From the IMG/VR virus record IMGVR_UViG_3300036398_002324: a DNA stretch of 64,000 nucleotides. One strand, 5' to 3'. This DNA comes from a virus. The notes beneath the pieces are model-generated. The model worked only from the letters and a program-made list of their open reading frames with translations, was not told where the DNA came from and ran no database searches. The translations under genes were made by a program, and so were the position numbers. Shown piece by piece: positions 30,683 to 39,800 of the stretch; the first letter of the stretch is position 1, and each line of letters begins with the position of its first letter.

Positions 30683-32995
30683 ATGGCTTTTGTTGCTTTA
30701 GATAGAGCGAACGTAACATCGAATACGACTGGAACTGGTACCATATTATTTGGACCTACTGTTTCGGGATATACTGATTTTTCAGATGTTGGAAATAATA
30801 ATCAAACTTATTATGCAATTACTGATGCATCAAATTTTGAGATAGGTGTTGGTACAGTAAAAACGCAGATTCCGTCAACATATTCTCTATTATATACAAG
30901 TAATAATGCATATTACGGTGGTGTACTCGCACAAAATGGTGACATACATTTTGTTCCTTCATTTGCCGAAGTTGGACAAAAGATATCTGCTTCTGGTGTA
31001 GTTTCAACATACTCATTGATATACACACAAAATACTGATAATGGAGCACATATTGGTGGTGTTCTTGCAACAAATGGAGATATTCACTTTGTTCCTAGCG
31101 GCAGTCCGGTTGGACAAAAAGTGTCTTCGTTAGGCGTAGTATCAACATATTCGTTGATATACACTACAGCATTTGCTTATCATGGTGGTGTTTTAGATTT
31201 AAATGGAGATATTCATTTTATACCAAGAGATGCACCCGTTGGACAAAAAATATCCTCGGCTGGTGTCGTGTCAACATATTCATTGGTATATACCAGATCG
31301 GATGCATACGCCGGTGGTGTTTTAGATTTAAATGGAGATATACATTTTGTTCCCAATGAATCTGAAATTGGTCAAAAAATTTCAACAACTTCGGGTGTCG
31401 TATCAACATATTCATTAGTATATACTACTTCTGATGCATATCAAAGTGGTGTTCTTGCATCCAATGGCGATGTTTATTTCATTCCGGAAAATGCTTCGGT
31501 TGGACAGAAAATATCTAAAACTGGTGTTGTGTCAACTTATTCGTTAATATACACCAACACTTTGGCATATCACGCTGGCGGAGTTCTTGCTCCCAATGGA
31601 GATATACATTTTGTTCCATATCGTTCACCCGTTGGACAAAAAATTTCAACGACCACTGGCATTGTTTCAACATATTCACTAGCTTACACCACATCGACTT
31701 CTTATTTTGGTGGTGTTTTGGATGCAAATAATAACATACAATTCGTTCCATTTGATGCAACAGTTGGACAAAAAATAACAACACCTCGAATGGAAAGAGA
31801 CTTTGTACTTGCATCAAGTAACAATGATAATAAAGTAAATTTCTCTGCTGGCACGAAAAGTGTTTATATTCCACAGCCATCAACACTAGTGCAAGGTTCC
31901 GCTGCTACGGCAGATGATTCTTCAATTGATTCGAGTTTAAATGCGTGGAAAGGACTTCAAAGAAGTTTGATGAAAAGCATTACAGCTGGAACGACATTCA
32001 AGAATCCTATTCCATCAACATATTCATTGACATATACTTTTGAAAACGCATACAGTGGCGGTGTTCTTGCAGTTAATGGTGACATCCACTTTGTACCATA
32101 TAATGTAAATATTGGACAAAAATTATCTCCAACTGGTATTAGTTCTACTTATTCTGTTATAGCTTATGGAGGTTATTGGGGCGGTGTTCTTGCGCCTAAT
32201 GGCGATATACATTTCGTACCTAACGATGCAACTGTTGGACAAAAGATATCTGCTTCTGGTGTTGTGTCAACATATTCATTAGTGTATCAAAGAGGTGAGG
32301 CGTTTGTTGGTGGTGTTGTTGCACCAAATGGAGATATACATTTCGTGCCTTGGGCTTCAAGAATAGGCCAAAAAGTATCTACCACTGGTGTAGTTTCGAC
32401 ATACTCATTGGTAAATACTGGAACCCTTGCTTATTATGAAGGTGGTGTTCTTGCACCAAATGGTGAAGTACACTTTGTTCCTTTTCTTACTCCTGTTGGA
32501 CAAAAAATATCAGCATCAGGTGTTGTGTCTACATATTCATTAGCATATACTACTACTGAAGCCTACGCTGGTGGAGTCATTGCACCCAATGGAGACATAC
32601 ATTTTGTTCCTTATGATGCAAGAGTTGGACAAAAAGTCTCTATTGATGGTGTGGTTTCGACATATTCATTAGCATACACTCGTAACAATGCATACGCTGG
32701 AGGTGTTCTTGCACCAAATGGTGAAATTCATTTTGTTCCATTTTGGGCAGCTCGTGATGATTTGGGTGTGGGAATTGGTCAAAAAATATCTTTAAATGGC
32801 GTTGCATCTACATATCCAGTTACACCAATTTCTATGGGCGCAAATCAAGGACCATATTCTTTTGGTGTTTTAGATTTTGATGGTAATATTCATTTTATTC
32901 CAGTAGGACAAAACGGCGTATCACAAAAAATATACACATTATCTAAACCCCTAGATAGTGAAATAGCACTCGGTTCATTCTTAAATAAGTTATAA
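30683..32995 (+). CDS. Putative receptor-binding protein with two 7-repeat propeller domains
   Basis: MAFVALDRANVTSNTTGTGT...FEIGVGT[insert]RDFVLASSN...VNFSAGTK; ends LGSFLNKL. Confidence 0.8.
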   Translation: MAFVALDRANVTSNTTGTGTILFGPTVSGYTDFSDVGNNNQTYYAITDASNFEIGVGTVKTQIPSTYSLLYTSNNAYYGGVLAQNGDIHFVPSFAEVGQKISASGVVSTYSLIYTQNTDNGAHIGGVLATNGDIHFVPSGSPVGQKVSSLGVVSTYSLIYTTAFAYHGGVLDLNGDIHFIPRDAPVGQKISSAGVVSTYSLVYTRSDAYAGGVLDLNGDIHFVPNESEIGQKISTTSGVVSTYSLVYTTSDAYQSGVLASNGDVYFIPENASVGQKISKTGVVSTYSLIYTNTLAYHAGGVLAPNGDIHFVPYRSPVGQKISTTTGIVSTYSLAYTTSTSYFGGVLDANNNIQFVPFDATVGQKITTPRMERDFVLASSNNDNKVNFSAGTKSVYIPQPSTLVQGSAATADDSSIDSSLNAWKGLQRSLMKSITAGTTFKNPIPSTYSLTYTFENAYSGGVLAVNGDIHFVPYNVNIGQKLSPTGISSTYSVIAYGGYWGGVLAPNGDIHFVPNDATVGQKISASGVVSTYSLVYQRGEAFVGGVVAPNGDIHFVPWASRIGQKVSTTGVVSTYSLVNTGTLAYYEGGVLAPNGEVHFVPFLTPVGQKISASGVVSTYSLAYTTTEAYAGGVIAPNGDIHFVPYDARVGQKVSIDGVVSTYSLAYTRNNAYAGGVLAPNGEIHFVPFWAARDDLGVGIGQKISLNGVASTYPVTPISMGANQGPYSFGVLDFDGNIHFIPVGQNGVSQKIYTLSKPLDSEIALGSFLNKL

Positions 32996-32998
32996 CAT

Positions 32999-34420
32999 AT
33001 GTCATTTATTGTCAGAGATTTGGTTCAAATGGGAACCGCTACAACAGGTAACAATGATTTATTATTGTTTCCTACCTCTACATCCAAGTATAGAACTTTA
33101 AATGCTTCTGATGCTAATAACAAAGTTCATTATTTCGTTACTAGTGGATCGCGTTGGGAAGTTGGAATAGGTACCATTCAAGTAAGTTCACCAGACATTT
33201 ATTCAAACGTGCAGTTTACCATAACCAGAGATGAAATTTCGGATTCTCAAGATAATGGTAGAAAAATTAATTTTCCAGCTGGCGTTAAAAATGTTACAAT
33301 AACTTTTCCTGCAGAACTTGTTCCGGGAACCATACCTACTTCAGATGATGCATCAACCACGAATAATTTAATTTCATGGCGTGGTCTAGAGAGGGAATTG
33401 AGACAGGGTGTTATAAGAGGTACGCCATTTGATAATGGTGGCGTTGGCGGTATAGTATCAACTTATTCGTTAATTTATACAACTTCTCAAGCTTATCGTG
33501 GTGGTGTTCTTGCACCTAATGGTGATATTCACTTTGTTCCAGGTTTCGCAAATAGGGGTCAAAAAGTATCTGCATCTGGTGTTGTATCGACTTATTCGTT
33601 AGTTTATACTACTGCTGGTGTTGATGGTCAAGGTGCATACTGGGGTGGTGTTCTTGCACCAAATGGCGACATCCATTTTATTCCTCATGATGCAAATAGA
33701 GGGCAAAAAATATCCGCATCGGGTGTTGTATCAACGTATTCTTTAGTTTATTCACTCACATCTGGTTATCTGGGTGGTGTTCTTGCACCAAATGGTGATG
33801 TTCATTTTGTGCCTTTTAATGCTGAGAGAGGTCAAAAAATATCTGCTGCTGGCGTTGTATCAACATATTCATTAGTATACACTAGAACCGTTGCTTATGC
33901 AGGTGGCGTTCTTGCACCCAATGGTGACATACATTTTGTTCCTTCATTTGCTGAGAGAGGTCAAAAAATATCCTCTGCTGGTGTTGTTTCAACTTATTCA
34001 TTAGTTTATACAACGGCAAATGCTGCATTTTTTGGAGGCGTTCTTGCACAGAATGGTGATATTCATTTTGTTCCTTATCGTGCCAACAGAGGGCAAAAAA
34101 TATCCTCTGCTGGTGTCGTATCAACATATTCTTTAGTTTATACTACTGGTGCGGCTTATTCTGGCGGTGTTCTTGCACCTAATGGTGATATTCATTTTAT
34201 TCGTTTTAGTGCAATCGTAGGACAAAAAGTGTCTGCTGATGGCGTTGTAACAACTTATTCTCTAATTACTACTGGAACTCAGCTACATTATGGAGGCGTT
34301 CTTGCACAGAATGGTGATATTCATTTTGCTCCTTTTTCTGGAAACATAGGACAGAAGATTTCAACGGGCATAAATATATCGCCAGGTCGAGTTTTATCGC
34401 CATTTTTTAACAAATATTAA
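32999..34420 (+). CDS. Putative receptor-binding protein with one C-terminal 7-repeat propeller
   Basis: Uninterrupted N-terminal domain (WEVGIGT...TRD...INFPAGVK), a W-containing helical linker, 7 repeats; ends LSPFFNKY. Confidence 0.8.
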   Translation: MSFIVRDLVQMGTATTGNNDLLLFPTSTSKYRTLNASDANNKVHYFVTSGSRWEVGIGTIQVSSPDIYSNVQFTITRDEISDSQDNGRKINFPAGVKNVTITFPAELVPGTIPTSDDASTTNNLISWRGLERELRQGVIRGTPFDNGGVGGIVSTYSLIYTTSQAYRGGVLAPNGDIHFVPGFANRGQKVSASGVVSTYSLVYTTAGVDGQGAYWGGVLAPNGDIHFIPHDANRGQKISASGVVSTYSLVYSLTSGYLGGVLAPNGDVHFVPFNAERGQKISAAGVVSTYSLVYTRTVAYAGGVLAPNGDIHFVPSFAERGQKISSAGVVSTYSLVYTTANAAFFGGVLAQNGDIHFVPYRANRGQKISSAGVVSTYSLVYTTGAAYSGGVLAPNGDIHFIRFSAIVGQKVSADGVVTTYSLITTGTQLHYGGVLAQNGDIHFAPFSGNIGQKISTGINISPGRVLSPFFNKY

Positions 34421-34440
34421 TTTTTTAACGTGAGGAAATT

Positions 34441-35787
34441 ATGTATAATCGAGACAAAATCATTAACACAATGAAAGAGATTTATAGTGAATCTAAAACA
34501 ATCAAACCGTATGTTGTAATTGCACAGCCGCGAAGAGACTTAAAAGAAACACCTGCACAAAATTTTGACGGTTATGAGGGTCTTCATATTGATTTGATGG
34601 GATTCTCTCACGGTTTCTGCAACATTGGCGGTGAAAAAGTTGACGTTGCACGAAACTATCTTATTGAACAAGCATTAGAGAGCGGTGCTAAGTATCTTTT
34701 GTTTGTTGGCGAAGATACTGTACTTCCTTATGATGGCTTTAAAAAGCTTATGAAAACTGCTGAAGAGAATCCTGGAGCAGTTGTTACAGGAGTTTATTAT
34801 ATTAAATGCTCCGATGCTATGATTATGGTTCGTGAAGAAGATTGGATTACTATTCCTAATGTTGATCCCGGTCAAGTCATTGAAGCGTGGCAAACTGGTA
34901 TGGATGTTATGTTAGTTCCGATTGATTTGCTCAAGCAAATGAAAGAAGAAGAACCAGAACTTCCTTTCTGTTGTATTGGTAATAACATCAACGACGAAAT
35001 TCCATTTATCGGTGAAGATAACTTCTTTGTGCATCGTCTACACAAGAGAGGAACAAAGCTTCTTGTAAATACAGATGTTCAATGTCTACATATGGACTTA
35101 GCAACAGGCATGTATACAGCACATCCTTCCGTTGATTTAACAAAATATTATACAAATATTAAACCAACTCGTCCACTAACATTGGATGATAAAGAGTTTA
35201 TTGACCGTCGTTGGATTGATAGATTGCCGGATGGCACAAGTTACAAATCTTTCATTCAAAGTAAATTGGATAAAAAAGAACCAATCCGTTTCAATATGGG
35301 TTCTGGCGGTGACAAGATTCCAGGATATCTGAGTGTTGATAAAAACAATAAAGATGCCGACATTAAAGTAGATGTTTTAAAAATGGATTTACCAGAAAAT
35401 GTTACAGACGAAATTCTTGCAAGTCATTTAATTGAACATTTGCCACAACATCGTGCGCCAGAGATTCTGCAAAAATGGCACAAAACATTAAAACCTTCCG
35501 GTAAACTTGTTTTAGAAACTCCGAATTTTGATGAAATGTGTAGAGATTATGTTCAATCAAAAGATGAGGTTGAAAAAAGAACTTTGATGACATGTATTTT
35601 TGGTGCTGCGGCAGAAGAAGAATCTGCTGAGACACGGGAAAAAGGTGCGTTATATCCACATCTTTGGGGTTACACACCACAATCACTTACTGATTTGTGT
35701 AAAGTAATTGGATTTAAAGACATTAAAATATTGCAACCAATAGGAAAGCATCCAGGTAAAAATTTCAGATTGGAAGCTGTTAAATAA
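34441..35787 (+). CDS. Glycosyltransferase (GT-A/GT2-like) fused to a class I SAM-dependent methyltransferase
   Basis: N-half: VDVARNYL..ALE...YLLFVGED, GVYY, GEDNFF..R, VNTDVQCLH. C-half: FNMGSG, YLSVD, EILASHLIEHL, LKPSGKLVLETPN. Confidence 0.75.
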   Translation: MYNRDKIINTMKEIYSESKTIKPYVVIAQPRRDLKETPAQNFDGYEGLHIDLMGFSHGFCNIGGEKVDVARNYLIEQALESGAKYLLFVGEDTVLPYDGFKKLMKTAEENPGAVVTGVYYIKCSDAMIMVREEDWITIPNVDPGQVIEAWQTGMDVMLVPIDLLKQMKEEEPELPFCCIGNNINDEIPFIGEDNFFVHRLHKRGTKLLVNTDVQCLHMDLATGMYTAHPSVDLTKYYTNIKPTRPLTLDDKEFIDRRWIDRLPDGTSYKSFIQSKLDKKEPIRFNMGSGGDKIPGYLSVDKNNKDADIKVDVLKMDLPENVTDEILASHLIEHLPQHRAPEILQKWHKTLKPSGKLVLETPNFDEMCRDYVQSKDEVEKRTLMTCIFGAAAEEESAETREKGALYPHLWGYTPQSLTDLCKVIGFKDIKILQPIGKHPGKNFRLEAVK

Positions 35788-36053
35788 TGATTCTAAAGAA
35801 AGAACATGCCAACAAACTAGTTAATGTTGTGAATTGTGTTCACATAATCATAGAACATGGGGAATTCTCTGAAGGTGATGCCCTAATACTGTTTAACAAT
35901 AGTGAAGAGTTTCTAACAATACATAGTAACATTTTCAATACATATCGTTCTGGTGTTGCAAAGAAATGTACCCTGATTGAATTCCCCCCAAGATGTCTAA
36001 TGAATGCTGTTTTTGTAGATGACGAAACCGTAGTTTTTGCTAAAGGAATATAA
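35787..36053 (+). CDS. Stand-alone homologue of the fibre C-terminal domain
   Basis: FSEGDALILFNN...Y.SG...PPRC....F aligns with FSENDVVTLYNN...YIAA...SPRG...LF of the 26877 protein. Confidence 0.6.
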   Translation: MILKKEHANKLVNVVNCVHIIIEHGEFSEGDALILFNNSEEFLTIHSNIFNTYRSGVAKKCTLIEFPPRCLMNAVFVDDETVVFAKGI

Positions 36054-36161
36054 ATGAGTGGAATACTAATGACGCTTTTTACACGAACAGTAGTCACTGT
36101 TAATCCAATTTTAGCGTCTATATCAGCCGCGCCTTCTGGACAATTACCTTTAGGAAGTTAA
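36054..36161 (+). CDS. Small 35-aa ORF (MSGILMTLFTRTVVTVNPILASISAAPSGQLPLGS)
   Basis: ATG directly after the previous TAA; fills the gap up to the inverted repeat. Confidence 0.45.
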   Translation: MSGILMTLFTRTVVTVNPILASISAAPSGQLPLGS

Positions 36162-36166
36162 CCAGT

Positions 36167-36211
36167 TTAATTCCCCTTTTGACTAAATAGTACATTAAAA
36201 AGGGGAATTAA
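36167..36211 (+). promoter_or_regulatory. 14-bp inverted repeat with a late-promoter-like CTAAATA in the loop and the RBS in the 3' arm
   Basis: TTAATTCCCCTTTT (36167-36180) pairs with AAAAGGGGAATTAA (36198-36211); CTAAATA at 36183-36189; TTG start at 36213. Confidence 0.7.
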
Positions 36212-36212
36212 C

Positions 36213-36548
36213 TTGGCTGCTTATCTAGAACTAACGATTGAACAGGGTGCAAATCTAACATCCATAGTCACAGTCAATGACGCACAAGGAGATGCGGTTA
36301 ATCTTTCAACTTATACCGCATCATCCCAATTACGCAAATCTTATTATTCTTCATCCGCTAATACTCTTAGTGCGATTGTTACGGGCAATTCCAATGGACA
36401 AATAACATTGTCAATGACTGCCGCAAACACTGCTGTATTGACACCAGGAAGATATGTATATGACTTGGTAATCACAAATTCAGTAGATAATTCTAAGACT
36501 AGAGTGATTGAGGGAATTGCGATTGTATTGCCTTCGGTAACGAGGTAA
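36213..36548 (+). CDS. Conserved virion protein (BppU-N-like fibre adaptor)
   Basis: L.IEQGA, VNLSTYTASSQLRKSY, ITLSMTAANT..LTPGRYVYDLVI, RVIEG...V.P.VTR. Confidence 0.7.
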   Translation: MAAYLELTIEQGANLTSIVTVNDAQGDAVNLSTYTASSQLRKSYYSSSANTLSAIVTGNSNGQITLSMTAANTAVLTPGRYVYDLVITNSVDNSKTRVIEGIAIVLPSVTR

Positions 36549-36551
36549 ATT

Positions 36552-36806
36552 ATGTCATTAGATTTAGGTTCGGTTTCTCTTAGAAATAATACTCTCGGTA
36601 CGATTACGGTTCAACAACCAAATCGTACTACGCTCACTTCTCCAGACTTTAAACCAAAACCGAATATCTCATTATCAGAAATAAATGATGTGTCAACCGT
36701 TGGCGTTGAAGATGGAAGATTCTTAGCTTTCAACTCAGCAAATAATCGTTACGAATTTGAAATTCCTATTGCTGTTATTGAGAAGGTTGACGGAGGCCAA
36801 TTCTAA
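36552..36806 (+). CDS. Hypothetical small virion protein
   Basis: RBS GAGG; LSEINDV...DG..L.FNS...YE and a C-terminal VDGGQF motif typical of fibre-associated proteins. Confidence 0.65.
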   Translation: MSLDLGSVSLRNNTLGTITVQQPNRTTLTSPDFKPKPNISLSEINDVSTVGVEDGRFLAFNSANNRYEFEIPIAVIEKVDGGQF

Positions 36807-36809
36807 AAT

Positions 36810-39800
36810 ATGGCAAATACACCCATTCAAATAAAAAGATCATTAGTAACAAATACACCAGCATCTTTAAATGTTGGTGAACCCGCATATTCTTATTCAA
36901 GTAACACCCTATTCATAGGAAGCCCAAACGGAACAGGAACGATTCCAATTGGTGGATATGATACATATCTTCGTTCAATTAATTCATTAGACCGTGCTAA
37001 CTCCGCATTCGAGGCTGCAAACAGCACACTCACTGGGATTACTGCATCATTTATAAAAGCCAATGCTGCATACGATCATGCCAATGCATCTTATCAATCA
37101 CAAAATGCAACTGGTCAATATGCAAATTCTGCATTTACAGTGGCAAACGGTGCATTCATACATGCCAATTCAAGTTTTATAAAAACCAATGCATCATTTA
37201 ATCATGCGAACTCTTCATATGAGTCTCAAAATGCCACAGGACAATATGCCAATGCTGCGTTAATTCATGCGAATTCTTCATTTAATTTTGCAAACACCGT
37301 AAATGTATTTTCGTATTCAGCATATCATCATGCTAATTCTGGATTTATTCAAGCAAATTCAGCATTTATTCATGTAAACTCTTCGTTTAATTTTGCAAAT
37401 GGTGTTTCAATTGCAGCTAATACGCCATCGAACGTGGCAAACTCTGCTGCAATTTATGCTAACGGTGCATTTGTTGCTGCAAATATTGCCGATAGTAAGG
37501 CAATTAGTGCAGGTGCATATGCAAACTCTGCTTTTGCACAATCAAATGTAGCACTAATACAAGCAAACTCTGCATTTGTCCATGCGAACTCTTCATATGA
37601 GTCTCAAAATGCCACAGGAGAATATGCTAATGCTGCATTTACAGTAGCAAACGGTGCATTCATTCACGCAAATTCTGGTTTTATTCATGCGAATGCAGCA
37701 TATCAATCTCAGAATGCGACGGGTCAATATTCTAATGCTGCATTTGTTCATGCAAATAGTGCATATCAATCTCAGAATGCAACAGGTCAATATGCCAACA
37801 GTGCATTTATACATGCAAATTCTGCATTTATAAAAACAAATTCTGCTTTTGACCATGCTAATTCAGCTTTTGCACAATCCAATGTTGCATTAACACAAGC
37901 CAATGCATCATTTGATTATGCGAACTCAACATTTATTTTTGCAAATGGTGTTTCAATTGCAGCAAACACACCATCACATGTAGCCAATTCTGCTAGTGTA
38001 TATGCCAACTCTGCATTCAATTCTGCAAACATATCAGATAGTAAAGCAGTATCAGCCGGTTCTTATGCGAATTCTGCATTCATACATGCTAATTCTGCAT
38101 TTATTTTTGCAAATGGTGTTTCAATTGCAGCCAACACACCATCACATGTAGCGAACTCTGCTAGTGTATATGCCAATAGTGCTTTTGTTGCTGCTAATAT
38201 TGCCAAACAAGATTCACTGTCTGCTGGTTCATATGCAAACTCAGCATTTATACGTGCTAATTCTGCATTTAATTTTGCCAATGGTGCTGCAATTGCAGCC
38301 AACACACCATCACATGTAGCAAACTCTGCTGCCATATATGCTAATGGAGCATTTGTAAGAGCAAATACACCCTCGCATGTAGCAAACTCTGCTGCCATAT
38401 ATGCTAATGGAGCATTTATTGCAGCAAACATATCAAATAGTAAAGCAGTATCAGCCGGTTCTTATGCAAATTCTGCATTCATACATGCTAATTCTGCATT
38501 TGAGCATTCCAATTCTGGATTTATTCAAGCGAACTCTGCATTCATACATGCCAATTCTGCTTATCAATCACAGAATGCAACTGGTCAATATGCTAATGCT
38601 GCATTTGTAAGAGCAAACAATTCACTGAATGCGAATCTTGGTGGTATAATTACAGCTAATGTTACAATCAATGCTAATCTAACAACGCAAAATGTTTTTG
38701 TTGGTTCTTACATTGACCTAAACACAGCACCAAGTATTCCTGCAATAAATGAAGGTCGTTTATTTTATGATAATTATGAAAAATCGGTTGCGTTCTATGG
38801 TGATTCTGGTGAAACGATTCAAATAGGACAAAGTTTTATTCGTGTTTGGAACAATACAGGTTCTACAGTCAACAAAGGTAAAGTTGTAAGAATTGGTAAC
38901 GATGTATCAACAAATGGTTTTCCTTCCATTATACTTTCATCTGCTGATACAGCACAAAATGCAGAAGCAATTGGCTTCACAATCGCACCAATTGCAAACA
39001 ATTCATATGGATATGTTTTAGCCACTGGTGAAATTCATGACATTAACACTTCGTTGTTTAATTCTGGTCAAGAATTATTTCTATCAACAACTCCTGGGGA
39101 TTATCAAACTACACCACCTGCACCACCAAATGTTCCTATTGCTGTAGGTTATATTCTAACTTCTGATGTATCTAGTGGTTCTATTCTTGTCAATATTCAT
39201 TTGATGGAAGGCAAGAACAAATCAAATGGCGCTATTCTGTTTGGTCGAAATGGTGCAATTGATCAGGACCCAACTAAACTATATTGGGATTATGTTAATG
39301 ATCGTTTAGGTATTGATACAGACAGCCCACAAGCAAATCTACATGTTGCTGGTGATGGTTTGTTTACAGGTAATCTTACTATTACAGGAAATCTTGTAAT
39401 TAGCAATGCTCAAACAATTACTACAGACCAACTATTTGTTGGTGGTAACAATGTAATTTTGAGTGCAAATGTTACTGGTGAACCTTCACTCAATGCTGCA
39501 ATCATTGTCAATCGTGGCACATCACCTAATGCATATATTCTTTGGGATGAAACTGTTAATGAATGGTTAGCATACGAAGGCACTGGTGCAGCTGGCCATA
39601 TTCTTCTTGCAAATAAAACTGCCAACTCATGGGCAGTATATAACACTTTCGAAGCATATGAAAAAGAGTTTTATCCTATTGGTGCAAATCTTGCCAACAG
39701 TACAAACGAACAAGCTAAAGCAGGATTTGCAACTGCCAATATTGCAGAAAATTTAGCAATCGCAAGTTTCAAACACGCAAACTCTGGATTCATTCAGTCT

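Larger units (their letters stand above)
24497..34365 (+). repeat. 49 copies of a ~43-aa (~129-nt) repeat in seven blocks of seven, across four genes
   Basis: Counted from the translations. Approximate blocks: 24512-25440, 25670-26566, 28454-29473, 29723-30610, 30875-31786, 32015-32940, 33458-34365. Confidence 0.9.

Noticed and set aside
24512-34365. CRISPR-like array (periodic conserved and variable DNA)
   Set aside because: The ~129-nt period lies within long open frames and shows synonymous variation, so it is a protein repeat.
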